Positions 44,694 through 54,245 of a stretch of DNA of 64,000 nt are shown here, in pieces (the first letter of the stretch is position 1; each line of letters opens with the position of its first letter). The notes under the pieces were generated by a model, which had not been told where the DNA came from, did not search any database, and saw only the letters and a program-made list of their open reading frames with translations. Position numbers and translations under genes: made by a program. The stretch is from a virus. The DNA lies in the IMG/VR virus record IMGVR_UViG_3300045921_000463, positions 1 through 64,000 of that record, one strand, 5' to 3'.

Positions 44694-45565
44694 CAGGCCA
44701 CTCCGATCTTGTAGCGCACCACGACGATGCCCGACCCGCCGTTGCCGCCAAGCCCCGCCTGAGCGCCGCCACCACCGCCGCCCCTGTTTGTGGCGCCGTT
44801 CTGGGCGTTCACCGACAGGTTCGCCCCGTTGCCGCCGCCACCCGTGCCGCCAGCGCCGCCGGTGTTGCCGCCACTACCGCCGGTGCGTCCGCCGCCGCCG
44901 CCCCCGGCATAGACAACCGAGGTTCCGGTGATCGACGATGCAAGCCCGGCTCCGCCATTCCCGCCAAACCCATTGACCGCTGTCTGCCCCGCGGCGCCCG
45001 CTCCACCGCCCCCGCCGCCCGCCGCGATGTTGTTTCCGCCATTGGGCGAGCCCGCGCCACCCGCGTTGCCCTGCCCGGCGGTCCCCGCTCCGCCCGCGGA
45101 CTGCCGCGTTCCGCCGCCGCCGCTGCCGCCGGGCAGGCCCTGGGACGACTGCCCGGTGCCGACAACACCGCCCCCACCCCCGCCCAGCGCGGTGATGGCA
45201 TTGAAGCTGCTGCTGCTGCCCGACGATCCATTCGTGCCACCGGCGCCACCCGCCCCGCCAGCCCCCACCACGATGGGAAAGCTACCGGCGCTGATTTCGA
45301 CCGTGCCGCTCAGCATACCCCCCGCGCCGCCGCCGCCGCCCGCCGAGGTGCCCGCGCCCCCTCCGCCCCCGCCCCCGACGATGAGGTATTCGACCTCGCC
45401 GCCGCGCGTGACCGCAAGGATGCCCGAGGCGGTGAAGGTGTGCACCCGCCACTGGAAGCCGCCTGCGGTGATCGTGGTCTCGGCGCCGCCTGTGGCGGCG
45501 GTGTTGAAGCCTCTCCGCCCCCCGAATGGCGAACGAAGGCCGAAAGTGTCGAAGGGGTCACGCAT
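44693..45565 (-). CDS. glycine-rich domain protein (tail fibre/adhesin)
   Basis: HTFTASG, VEYLIVGGGGGG, YAGGGGG, GGSGIVVVRY; start trimmed to MRDPF. Confidence 0.8.
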   Translation of the reverse strand: MRDPFDTFGLRSPFGGRRGFNTAATGGAETTITAGGFQWRVHTFTASGILAVTRGGEVEYLIVGGGGGGGAGTSAGGGGGAGGMLSGTVEISAGSFPIVVGAGGAGGAGGTNGSSGSSSSFNAITALGGGGGGVVGTGQSSQGLPGGSGGGGTRQSAGGAGTAGQGNAGGAGSPNGGNNIAAGGGGGGAGAAGQTAVNGFGGNGGAGLASSITGTSVVYAGGGGGGRTGGSGGNTGGAGGTGGGGNGANLSVNAQNGATNRGGGGGGAQAGLGGNGGSGIVVVRYKIGVA

Positions 45566-45836
45566 GGCTGACGCTCGCCACCGCTTGACCTTGGTAAGTG
45601 CGGGCATAGAGGCGGTTCGCACCAGTCAGCCCGGCAAAGTGCTCCGACATGACAATCACCAGCCCCTGACCTGACCTCAACAAAATCGCCCCGCGAAAAC
45701 TGGACGGCGGAGTTACGCCTACTGCTGCCTGTACAAGTATTGGAATATTGGAAATATTTTGCACTCGGCAGGTCGTGACGTTCGATGATGTCAGAAGCGT
45801 GGCCGTGGTGGTCACTGTGATGTTGGCAACAGGCAT
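45558..45836 (-). CDS. hypothetical small beta protein (tail/fibre-associated)
   Basis: 92-aa ORF with AGGAGG RBS. Confidence 0.7.
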   Translation of the reverse strand: MPVANITVTTTATLLTSSNVTTCRVQNISNIPILVQAAVGVTPPSSFRGAILLRSGQGLVIVMSEHFAGLTGANRLYARTYQGQAVASVSHA

Positions 45837-46080
45837 CGGGGCCTCCTGAGGTTCGGCAGGAAAAATCGGTGCAAGAGCGTAACGCTGGCTTTCGCCGCCC
45901 GTTTGGGCATGTCAATGGCGGTGTAGCGGGCCAGATGCGCGGCTGATTCATGGCCGAGCGCCTGCACCACGATATGGAAACGTCCGGTGCGCGCATCAAC
46001 GTCAGTCCAGACAATGCTGCTTGCAGTGCCACAACCACGACAGGTGGCATTGTTTGCAGAATTTGCTGTAAACTGTACCA

Positions 46081-47550
46081 TCAGCTCCGCCCCGTCGCCC
46101 TCTGGTAGCCCGCGATTGTGCCCATCCCCATGGAATAGGGCACGACAATCGTGGTCGCGGTTCCTTCGCTGGCCGTGGCGACAATGCCAGCGCCGAAAGC
46201 ATTGGCGGCTGAAACGGGAATGTCCGAGGTGTTGATCACGTCGAGCACTGGCGTAGCGTTCAAGCCCTCCCAGACGCGGAACCGAACTGATGCAGCATTA
46301 GCCGGAACGTCGATTTCGAGCACATAAGCCTGCGCAACGTCTAGGGTCAGCGTCGTGCCATGGGTGGTTCTGGTGCCGTCCGCCGCAGTCTTGCAGGACA
46401 GGACATTGCCATTGATTTCGAAGTAAGCGCCATCGGTTGCGTCGGCGTGAGTTGTGGTGTCCAGCCAGCCGACCCGCACGAGGCCGGTGGCGACAGTCGT
46501 TTCCGGCGTGCCGATCCGGCCACGGAATTTGCGGGAGGTCACGCCGAACCAGTCGGAAGCGAATGCGTTGGTAACATACCGGTAGCCGCTGTTGGCCGAG
46601 GTCGATGACCGCAGCGCAAAGCCGTACGGATTGAACGCCTGCCGCAGGATGTTCAATGCGACATTGGCGATAGTGCCGGACGCGATTGCTGTTCCCGCCC
46701 ACAGGTCGTAGGAATTGGCATTGACATTCGAAAACCAGTTTTCGTTCCAATGATCCCACTGATCCAGCACCGGACCCGCAGTCGAGGGCGCGATGACAAC
46801 GCTTTGCCCGGCAGACCGACATTTTACCTCGCCCGTCGTGCTGTTCAGCCAGAGCATCCCATTGGTCGGGCTTGGGGGATCACTGGCCTGCCCGCCCAGC
46901 AGGACGGGTTCGGGCAACGTGACGCGCCCCGAGGCAGGATCGGTTCCCAGCGCCGTGAACCACGCCGCCCCGTCGGCGCTGACCTTGATTTCGAAGCTGT
47001 CGCTGCCTGCGGTGCCCATTTCGGCGCGGCCCGAAAAGCCGGTCTGGAACAAAAGACTGGCTGTGTTGCTCGCAGCAGCCTTGTTGATTTTTATTTGATG
47101 ACCATTACCGGCATGGTTAAACAACGAAGCCGCAGACGACAGCGCAAGTTTGTTTGTGTTGTCGAACGATGTGTTGATTCCTATTCCTGCAAGGTTGTTG
47201 AAATTGAGCGAGGACGCAAAATCTATCCAGTTGGATCCGTTATAAATGCGAAAAAGACCGGTTGATTGTACATATGCGAGATAGCCAGTGGCAGGAAGCA
47301 GGCGTATCCATGCGTTACCGACACGAAAGGCTATGCTTTTGTCCCAGCCGGACCAGCTTCCAGTTGCACCTGTCGGTACGATGTATCTGTCGCCGTTGTT
47401 TGGAGAACCCGGTGGACTGCTTGTGCTGTCGGACAGCACCGAAATTTGCGCAAGTGCATCAATGAAGCGCAACGCTTCATTGATCGTAACGTGCTTTTGC
47501 GCCTGACCCGCCGCTAGCAGCGGCAACCCCATGATGGTGGTGACGGCCAT
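46081..47550 (-). CDS. DUF2793 tail fibre / receptor-binding protein
   Basis: LPLLAAGQAQKHVTINEAL..ID, GDRYIV, ASLLFQTGFSGRAEMG. Confidence 0.9.
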   Translation of the reverse strand: MAVTTIMGLPLLAAGQAQKHVTINEALRFIDALAQISVLSDSTSSPPGSPNNGDRYIVPTGATGSWSGWDKSIAFRVGNAWIRLLPATGYLAYVQSTGLFRIYNGSNWIDFASSLNFNNLAGIGINTSFDNTNKLALSSAASLFNHAGNGHQIKINKAAASNTASLLFQTGFSGRAEMGTAGSDSFEIKVSADGAAWFTALGTDPASGRVTLPEPVLLGGQASDPPSPTNGMLWLNSTTGEVKCRSAGQSVVIAPSTAGPVLDQWDHWNENWFSNVNANSYDLWAGTAIASGTIANVALNILRQAFNPYGFALRSSTSANSGYRYVTNAFASDWFGVTSRKFRGRIGTPETTVATGLVRVGWLDTTTHADATDGAYFEINGNVLSCKTAADGTRTTHGTTLTLDVAQAYVLEIDVPANAASVRFRVWEGLNATPVLDVINTSDIPVSAANAFGAGIVATASEGTATTIVVPYSMGMGTIAGYQRATGRS

Positions 47551-47551
47551 T

Positions 47552-50500
47552 TTACACCTTGAGCTCGTATTCGGCTACCAGGGGTTTGACAAGAACATTC
47601 GATAGCTGCCTGATTCGTACCCTCAGGGTAGAGTTTCTCGGCAGTACGATTCCAAAATCGGCTATCTGCTGACTACCTGTATACGTATAGGTTGTACTGT
47701 TGTTTACAGTAACTTCTCTGACAATATCGGTATTGTCCAATATTGTCAATCTGTAGGACTCAGAGGACTCGGAAAGCGGGATTTCCTCTAGGTTGAATGA
47801 ATCGGACTGCAAGGAACGATCCCTGCGAATCCAGTTTATAACGATGTTATTATCCGTTCTGTATGTTATCGGGTGTACCGAAATAACCGGAGCATACGGA
47901 GAAAGTCCCCTGCCATCCGGTGTATATTCGATTTCAGAAAACCGTTGGTCTGACAACGGTACACCCAGAGGGCCTACTGTTATACTGGTTTCGATGCCGA
48001 TGTCTTCGATGCCGTAAGGTAGTTCGTTTCCTTGTCTGCGCAGTAGCACAAGTATGCTATCGACAGGTTTTTCCTGCGAACTGTTCACATCGGTTCCGAA
48101 CAAACCCCTTATCAGTTTGCTGAAACGGTAGGTTCTTGTTCCTACAAGTTGTATGTTCTGTACAGAAATGATTTCGTATTCGTTATTCGGGTGTACTACC
48201 GCAAACAGATTTATGTTGTTCAGGAATTCGCTGTCGCTAACGCTGACCATCGTCTGTTCGCTCATTACGGCAGTAAATTCTGTCCCGTGATCTATGACAT
48301 GAGGCTGGCCCGGCGGTAACTCTGTCAACAGAACACCGAAAATGGACGGTGTTTCTATAGCCACGGACTCGCCTCCTTCCGTGATGACTACGGCGCCAAG
48401 CCCCCACTGCGGAGAGAACGACCTCACTTCTACGCTGGTTTGGCTCTGTTCGTTTCTATATACCGGCAAATCTAGAACCTGTGTAAAGAACCCGCTGATG
48501 CGTCTGTCTGTTTGCGTAGTATCCTTCGGGATTATATCGTCATAAAACGCTGCATCGAGAATTGCCGGATTGAACGACCTGCATTCGATTTTCAGCATGT
48601 CGAGAAAATCTGTACGAGCAACCGTATACCTGTAGACATTGCCGTTTTCGTTCACTACTTCTATGCTATCGCCGGGATGAACAACGCCATAGGACGGCGG
48701 AAGCGATCCTTGAAGTATGTTGCGGGAAGCCCATGTGTTGTAGTGATAGATGTGGGCCTGCCTGTAAAGACATGCAGGATATGCCGAAAACGGGAAGTTT
48801 TCGGCGTTTCTCGAATCAGAAACCGGAGACTCATAGTAGCTGTCAACCATGATGGTCTTGTAGCCGCCATCGGACCTCTGCGCCGACCATGACAGATATG
48901 CAGGCAATTCCTTGTCTGCTATTCTCTCTACCGACACGGATGGTTCTTCATCTCCTTCGTTCCAGAGAAAATGCTCGAACGGTATTCTGTGATCGGAGCC
49001 GTTACCCCTGTGTGAAAATTGCAGTATGCCTTCCTTTTCGTATCCGTCGAAAAGGAAAAATCTTGCAACAGGCTCTATACACTGTGTCGCAGACATTGCG
49101 GTGATTATGACGTAACCCTCTACCTGCCCGTATAGTTTGTAGGTATCTATCCTGTTTGGATCGACACCGGCTTCTTTGCACAATTCGTAAACAAGCCCAG
49201 CTACGTCGGCTGATCCTATACGTCCGGTAATCCAGTGCCCGAACTCCCAGTTTGCACGGTCATTCCACATGTCGTTTTCGACTGGAAACTCTGGATAAGG
49301 CCGAGCATCCCAAGTCCATATGGACGTGTTGTTCAGATCGAGCATCGGAAGGTTGGTAACAGTCGATAACGGGTTATTGGCGGAGTCCGACCAATAGTAA
49401 TGTAGCGCCTTTATGTATTGTCTTTGAATTATCGTATCGAACCACGATCTTGAGAAATAGGGAACCGCACTTTCCGAGGACTTCGGATCGAAAAACACGT
49501 TTGGCTGGTTCGTGCCTCGGTCGATGGCGGGGCATCCGGCTTCCGTAAACCAGAACTGTTTCGACTCCGGCACCCATGCCGTAGGTGCACCGCTTTCTAT
49601 CCCGTTCGGGCGATTGAAGTGTTGATTCGACCACCAGTTGCGCAAATCCTTGTAACGAAATACCCACGGCTTGTTGTACGCACCATCTGTTATTGGCGTT
49701 CTGATCTGCGCTTCGCGGTCGGCATTCGAAGCGTAGAACCAGTCATAGCCCTCACCACGTGCAATGTTGTTTTTCAGGTAATCTATGTCGTATATTGTCT
49801 TCCACCCCTCTTGCGCGTCGAGGTGATTGAACCCGTCGCGCCAGTCGGAGAGCGGCATGTAGTTGTCGATGCCGATAAAGTCGATGTTCGAGTCTGACCA
49901 GAGCGGGTCGAGGTGGAAGAACACATCCCCACTGCCATCTTGCGGCTGGTGGCCGAAGTATTCCGACCAGTCCGCAGCATAGCTTATCTTGGTGCTGGAC
50001 CCAAGAATGGCTCTGACATCGGCAGCAAGTTCTATAAATTTTTGCACTGCGGGGTAGTTGGATGCGTTAGAGCGGATTGTGGTAAGCCCGCGCATTTCTG
50101 AACCGATCAAAAAAGCATCCACACCTCCCGCTGCTGCACAGAGGTGTGCATAGTGCAAAATCATCCTGCGAAAACCCCACTCTGTCGGCGATCCGGTCCA
50201 CGACACGTTTGTGCCGGAGACAGAAAAATCTGTGATAGAGGCATTTCCAAAAAAACTGTTCACTTGCGCAGCGGCAGCGGCAGTTTTATCTACGCTTCCC
50301 GCATATCCACTTGCCGGGGAACAGGTAATCCTGCCCCGCCAAGGAAAAACGGATTGTCCCGTCTGCGAGGCGTTATCGCTGTAGGGATCGGGCAGAGTAT
50401 TGTCAGGCGGCACGTCCATCAGGATAAACGGGTAAAAGGTGACTTTCAGCCCGCGCGCCTTTATGGCTGCAATAGTCTCGACAATGGAGTTATCAGAAGG

Positions 50501-51538
50501 CGTGCCGCCATAATAAGGTCGATTATTCGAGTCTTGACTTACCAAGTAAGCAGAACTGCGCGTAACGCCGTTTACAGACCAAGACAACGGATCGGTTGCT
50601 ACGCCGAACGTTTCCACGCCGGGACGAATTGTGCAGTCACCCGCTCTAAGATCGGTACCAAACCAGGATACGACAATGGATACGGATTCCACATTCGGGC
50701 ACGACGCTACGAGATTCGACAACGACTGCTCGACATGTGCAACACCGTGGCTGGTCAAGTTTACAAGTTCTGCTGTGTCTTCCGAGTTGGTTATGATCTG
50801 TATATCGTTTGGCGGAAGCACATTAGATGTTATCGGCGTAGTGGCATAAACGAACTCGCCGGAAGAAGGTATCAGTGTTACGGACCTGATCATTGTTTCT
50901 GCGCTGTATTCGTTATCGACAGGTTTCATTACCTCAAACTGTATCTGCGGAATCCTGTTTCCGTAGTCGGTAAGCAGCAAGTCTTCGAACACCACATAGC
51001 ACAGCCCACGGTAGGCAGGTGTATTGTCTACCCCTTCTATGCCTTGTATGAGTGTGTCCGGCTGCTGGCCTTCCGTTCCTAGGTATACACGTGCATTGAA
51101 ATCGGCGATATTGGCCGGTTCGCCGTCAACCCACATTCTGCCCAGACCGCCGACCGGCCCCTCGCATATACCGATGGCAAAACTGGCATAGTAGTTGTAA
51201 GTAGTCTGTGTTTGTTTACGAACTCCCTTGCGACCTCCTACTTTTTGTGTGACGATTTCCTCGCGAAAATCCGTAGCCCATATGATGTTTCCGCCTATGC
51301 GTACCCTTCCGTAAACACGCGGTATCGGAACACCCTCTGTAGAAGTTGTGACAAGCAGATTGTCCAATCTTGGCCCGTATATGGGCTGAGGTCTCGGACC
51401 GAACAACCAACTATCGACATAGCCGCCGAGGAGCTTGCCAGCATAGGTGCCGATTGATGCGGCACTTATTCCAAGAATAGCACCTCCGATCTTGCTGCCT
51501 ACCAAACCACCTACTGCTGCAAACAGTAACGTTGCCAT
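47552..51538 (-). CDS. Baseplate megatron (RcGTA g15-like; GTA TIM-barrel + phage tail domain)
   Basis: GPRL, IPRVYGRVR, PAYRG, SWFGTDLR, GGTPSD, YAADWSEY, WIRRDR. Confidence 0.93.
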   Translation of the reverse strand: MATLLFAAVGGLVGSKIGGAILGISAASIGTYAGKLLGGYVDSWLFGPRPQPIYGPRLDNLLVTTSTEGVPIPRVYGRVRIGGNIIWATDFREEIVTQKVGGRKGVRKQTQTTYNYYASFAIGICEGPVGGLGRMWVDGEPANIADFNARVYLGTEGQQPDTLIQGIEGVDNTPAYRGLCYVVFEDLLLTDYGNRIPQIQFEVMKPVDNEYSAETMIRSVTLIPSSGEFVYATTPITSNVLPPNDIQIITNSEDTAELVNLTSHGVAHVEQSLSNLVASCPNVESVSIVVSWFGTDLRAGDCTIRPGVETFGVATDPLSWSVNGVTRSSAYLVSQDSNNRPYYGGTPSDNSIVETIAAIKARGLKVTFYPFILMDVPPDNTLPDPYSDNASQTGQSVFPWRGRITCSPASGYAGSVDKTAAAAAQVNSFFGNASITDFSVSGTNVSWTGSPTEWGFRRMILHYAHLCAAAGGVDAFLIGSEMRGLTTIRSNASNYPAVQKFIELAADVRAILGSSTKISYAADWSEYFGHQPQDGSGDVFFHLDPLWSDSNIDFIGIDNYMPLSDWRDGFNHLDAQEGWKTIYDIDYLKNNIARGEGYDWFYASNADREAQIRTPITDGAYNKPWVFRYKDLRNWWSNQHFNRPNGIESGAPTAWVPESKQFWFTEAGCPAIDRGTNQPNVFFDPKSSESAVPYFSRSWFDTIIQRQYIKALHYYWSDSANNPLSTVTNLPMLDLNNTSIWTWDARPYPEFPVENDMWNDRANWEFGHWITGRIGSADVAGLVYELCKEAGVDPNRIDTYKLYGQVEGYVIITAMSATQCIEPVARFFLFDGYEKEGILQFSHRGNGSDHRIPFEHFLWNEGDEEPSVSVERIADKELPAYLSWSAQRSDGGYKTIMVDSYYESPVSDSRNAENFPFSAYPACLYRQAHIYHYNTWASRNILQGSLPPSYGVVHPGDSIEVVNENGNVYRYTVARTDFLDMLKIECRSFNPAILDAAFYDDIIPKDTTQTDRRISGFFTQVLDLPVYRNEQSQTSVEVRSFSPQWGLGAVVITEGGESVAIETPSIFGVLLTELPPGQPHVIDHGTEFTAVMSEQTMVSVSDSEFLNNINLFAVVHPNNEYEIISVQNIQLVGTRTYRFSKLIRGLFGTDVNSSQEKPVDSILVLLRRQGNELPYGIEDIGIETSITVGPLGVPLSDQRFSEIEYTPDGRGLSPYAPVISVHPITYRTDNNIVINWIRRDRSLQSDSFNLEEIPLSESSESYRLTILDNTDIVREVTVNNSTTYTYTGSQQIADFGIVLPRNSTLRVRIRQLSNVLVKPLVAEYELKV

Positions 51539-51539
51539 G

Positions 51540-51998
51540 TCAGGTCAGCCCCTTTGGTTGTGCCGGAAAAGCTGCAACAGCCGCAATTCGCTTGATCCAG
51601 AAAGCAGAAAGTGCCTGATACACTACTCCCCTACCTTCGTAGGCATGTATGAACATGTCGTTATAACCGGTTATGCCGACATGTTTACAATCTGCGTTCG
51701 GAAACATCCTGAACACTATGACTCTGCCCGAGGTTCGATACGTCATCGGGTTGCACTCGACAAGGTACTTTCTGACGGAATTCAACAGCAAGTCGTCGCC
51801 ACGCCGTTCACCCCACAAGCGATTGTATGGCGGAACCGCCTGCGGCTCCTCCAAATCGTAAAGGTCACGCCAGATGCCGCGTAACAAACCAAGACAATCG
51901 CATCCGACACCTTTCAAGGATGCCTGATCGACATAGGGCGTTCCAAGCCAGGATTCGGCTACAGCCAACACAACATTATCGGGAATTGTGCCGAGCAT
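51540..51998 (-). CDS. NlpC/P60 tail peptidase (RcGTA g14-like)
   Basis: WLGTPY..Q...GVGCDCLGL, KHVGI, FIHAY. Confidence 0.92.
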   Translation of the reverse strand: MLGTIPDNVVLAVAESWLGTPYVDQASLKGVGCDCLGLLRGIWRDLYDLEEPQAVPPYNRLWGERRGDDLLLNSVRKYLVECNPMTYRTSGRVIVFRMFPNADCKHVGITGYNDMFIHAYEGRGVVYQALSAFWIKRIAAVAAFPAQPKGLT

Positions 51999-52006
51999 CT
52001 AGATTT

Positions 52007-52876
52007 TTACTCCTTGACCTTCGGTATTGCGACTCTCAACACGCTATCGCTACTTGGTATGTGCGGAAAACCTCGAAAGTTTGTAACATTGTTGAACTTG
52101 TTGGTACATGCAGAGAGCGACTTGTTGCATCCGGCTACTATGTTGAACACGTCACCCGCCTGCATATCCTTGGTGGTAGCTTCGTTGAACGTCAGAAACG
52201 CATTCGATCCGATACGCCGATGAACAGCGACATGAACCTTTTTGGTTTGCAATATTCCTGTATTGAAGGTAGCGTATCCGCGTGAAAAAAACTTGTCATC
52301 GAAAGACAACAACCCTGAAACTCTGACATCCGTATCCGAAAGCACCTCGACAATGGCTCCCGATCCGTTATAGACCGGGAGGCTCAGATCGACACCGCAA
52401 CGAGTGTCTCCAAGCCGCGCATCACACATCGACTGGTAAAATCTTCCACGTTCCTGAGAAAGCATGGAAGTCATGCCGGAAACTTCGGCTACGAACTTGC
52501 CGACCTTTCTTGTGACCTTGCCTATCTCGCCAAACCTTACGAGCTTTCGTTCGTTGGTGTTTTTCCAGTTTACAAGGTAGACTTCAACTGTTGCGCCATT
52601 CCAGAAACCATTGATGATGTCGTCTTCCGTTATCCTGTCGTCCGTTATGACGCCATCTATGTCTTGAAAATCTTCACCAAGATTGTTTTCATACCTCAAT
52701 GCCGTTGGGTCGATCAAGTCGGATGGTGAATAAGTAACCGCGCCGAATACAAGATTTTCGTCGTGATCTGTAAAACCCAGCACAGTTCCGTTAGCAAGAG
52801 AAATCTTCCAGCAAAAGCATACTGTCGAAGCACCGAGGGACATGTGCCTTTCAAGATCGCGTGCAGCCTGACTCAT
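52007..52876 (-). CDS. Baseplate hub, DUF2163 (RcGTA g13-like)
   Basis: GFTDHD, CDARLGD.RC, AGCNK....C..KFNN..NFRGFPHIP. Confidence 0.92.
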   Translation of the reverse strand: MSQAARDLERHMSLGASTVCFCWKISLANGTVLGFTDHDENLVFGAVTYSPSDLIDPTALRYENNLGEDFQDIDGVITDDRITEDDIINGFWNGATVEVYLVNWKNTNERKLVRFGEIGKVTRKVGKFVAEVSGMTSMLSQERGRFYQSMCDARLGDTRCGVDLSLPVYNGSGAIVEVLSDTDVRVSGLLSFDDKFFSRGYATFNTGILQTKKVHVAVHRRIGSNAFLTFNEATTKDMQAGDVFNIVAGCNKSLSACTNKFNNVTNFRGFPHIPSSDSVLRVAIPKVKE

Positions 52877-53505
52877 TTTATTTCCTCAAGCTTGATATTG
52901 CCAAACTCGAACAACTCAGGGATCGGTAAGGTTCTGGTCAGGGTATCGGTTACAAATCGTACTTCTACATGATAAGCAAAACCCGCAGTTATTTCTACTC
53001 CCGAAGCGGGGGCTGTGGCAAAGGTTATCACACCGCCTGATTCGGAATAACCGGAAAGCTGCACAACGTTGTTTAACGCCACCAAAAGCGAACCGGGAAC
53101 AATTCTACGAATTTTTCTGTTGTAGACAAAACCATCGTACTCGTAGGGTTTGACTATCTGAAACGACGTGGTTGTATTATTCCCCAGCCCTATCAGACAA
53201 TCGTTTGCGCTTATGGTATTTCGCATTGACCTGGTTGACTTGTAATCCGATACGTCGTTGAACAGGAAAGACGCATTGTTCTCGTGCACGTTTTCAAAGA
53301 AAGCTGTAACGGATTCGAAACGATGCAATTTGTCCAAGGAGTAGGAAATTTCATACACTCTCTTGGAGTGCGCTATTCTGGAAAGCCGCTCTTCGTGGCC
53401 TGCTATCGAGACCATTACCGATGTTTTTCTGCTTATGGTTATCTTGGGTTTTGCCGACAGTTCGAGAGGAAAGAGTGCAGCTATGAAAGTCATGGTTCTA
53501 CCCAC
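52873..53505 (-). CDS. DUF2460 distal tail protein, copy 2
   Basis: FP, GHEER, F.F.D.SDY, IGLG....FQIVK.Y, ITAGF...VRF. Confidence 0.85.
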   Translation of the reverse strand: MGRTMTFIAALFPLELSAKPKITISRKTSVMVSIAGHEERLSRIAHSKRVYEISYSLDKLHRFESVTAFFENVHENNASFLFNDVSDYKSTRSMRNTISANDCLIGLGNNTTTSFQIVKPYEYDGFVYNRKIRRIVPGSLLVALNNVVQLSGYSESGGVITFATAPASGVEITAGFAYHVEVRFVTDTLTRTLPIPELFEFGNIKLEEIK

Positions 53506-54245
53506 TCATACATGTGCCATTCTTGGAGAAACGTTAGCCACTGAGAGACTGTAGGCGTAGGTCCGTACTGCTCCATAAAGCTACGATAGATGGTAGATTC
53601 CGCGTGAACCATCGGCCTAAGAACCTCTTTTAGCTCTACGGAACCAGCAACCATGTACATGCCATTTTGAAGCACCAGCGACAAATTATCGCTGCCGAAG
53701 CGCGTCACGGTATGAAAGAGGAAACCACACGTAATAACCGCGTTATTGGCGGGCGGAGAATCGAAAAGCAGCACTCCAGAGTCCGTAATCTTGTATCCGC
53801 TGTTCAACGGAGTTCCGTCTACTGCAACCGTAAATGTATCAGGTACCAGCGCCTGTATCGGTCTTTTGTAGTGTTGCGGCCCTGTCCCGTAGGTTTTCGT
53901 TACCTGAAACATGTTGGATACGCCGTTTCCGATACCTATGGTCTGATCCAACGGGGTTATGTCTGTGCCTATTCCCTTTCCCGTAGAGGAATAGTCGGAC
54001 CAGTCGTGAAACCTGAAAGAATACAGTCTGCCCATACGGCACTCGAAAAAGCTTATCAGATTTCGATGAACTGCGGCATCCTTTATCGAGAATGACAAAT
54101 CGTAGTTGCGAAAGGTGTACTTGCTGACAAATGATACCTTTGCATGGCCGGAATCGGCTTCCTTGGTAACACGTCTGCGCACATGCTGTATGCGGGGTTC
54201 CAAGTCCGCACAGTCGATGAACAGCGTATCGTGAAAGGTTCCCAT
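53490..54245 (-). CDS. DUF2460 distal tail protein, copy 1
   Basis: FHD, FFECRMGRLYSFRFHDWSDY, DQTIGIGNG..FQVTKTY, ITCGF.F...RF. Confidence 0.88.
   Translation of the reverse strand: MGTFHDTLFIDCADLEPRIQHVRRRVTKEADSGHAKVSFVSKYTFRNYDLSFSIKDAAVHRNLISFFECRMGRLYSFRFHDWSDYSSTGKGIGTDITPLDQTIGIGNGVSNMFQVTKTYGTGPQHYKRPIQALVPDTFTVAVDGTPLNSGYKITDSGVLLFDSPPANNAVITCGFLFHTVTRFGSDNLSLVLQNGMYMVAGSVELKEVLRPMVHAESTIYRSFMEQYGPTPTVSQWLTFLQEWHMYEWVEP

Noticed and set aside
44300-47550. Diversity-generating retroelement or invertible tail-fibre system
   Set aside because: No reverse transcriptase, invertase or template/variable repeat pair is visible in this window.
46081-54245. Gene transfer agent cluster
   Set aside because: The GTA-like tail-tip genes sit within a full phage with its own replisome, a long tape measure and non-GTA head and tube genes.
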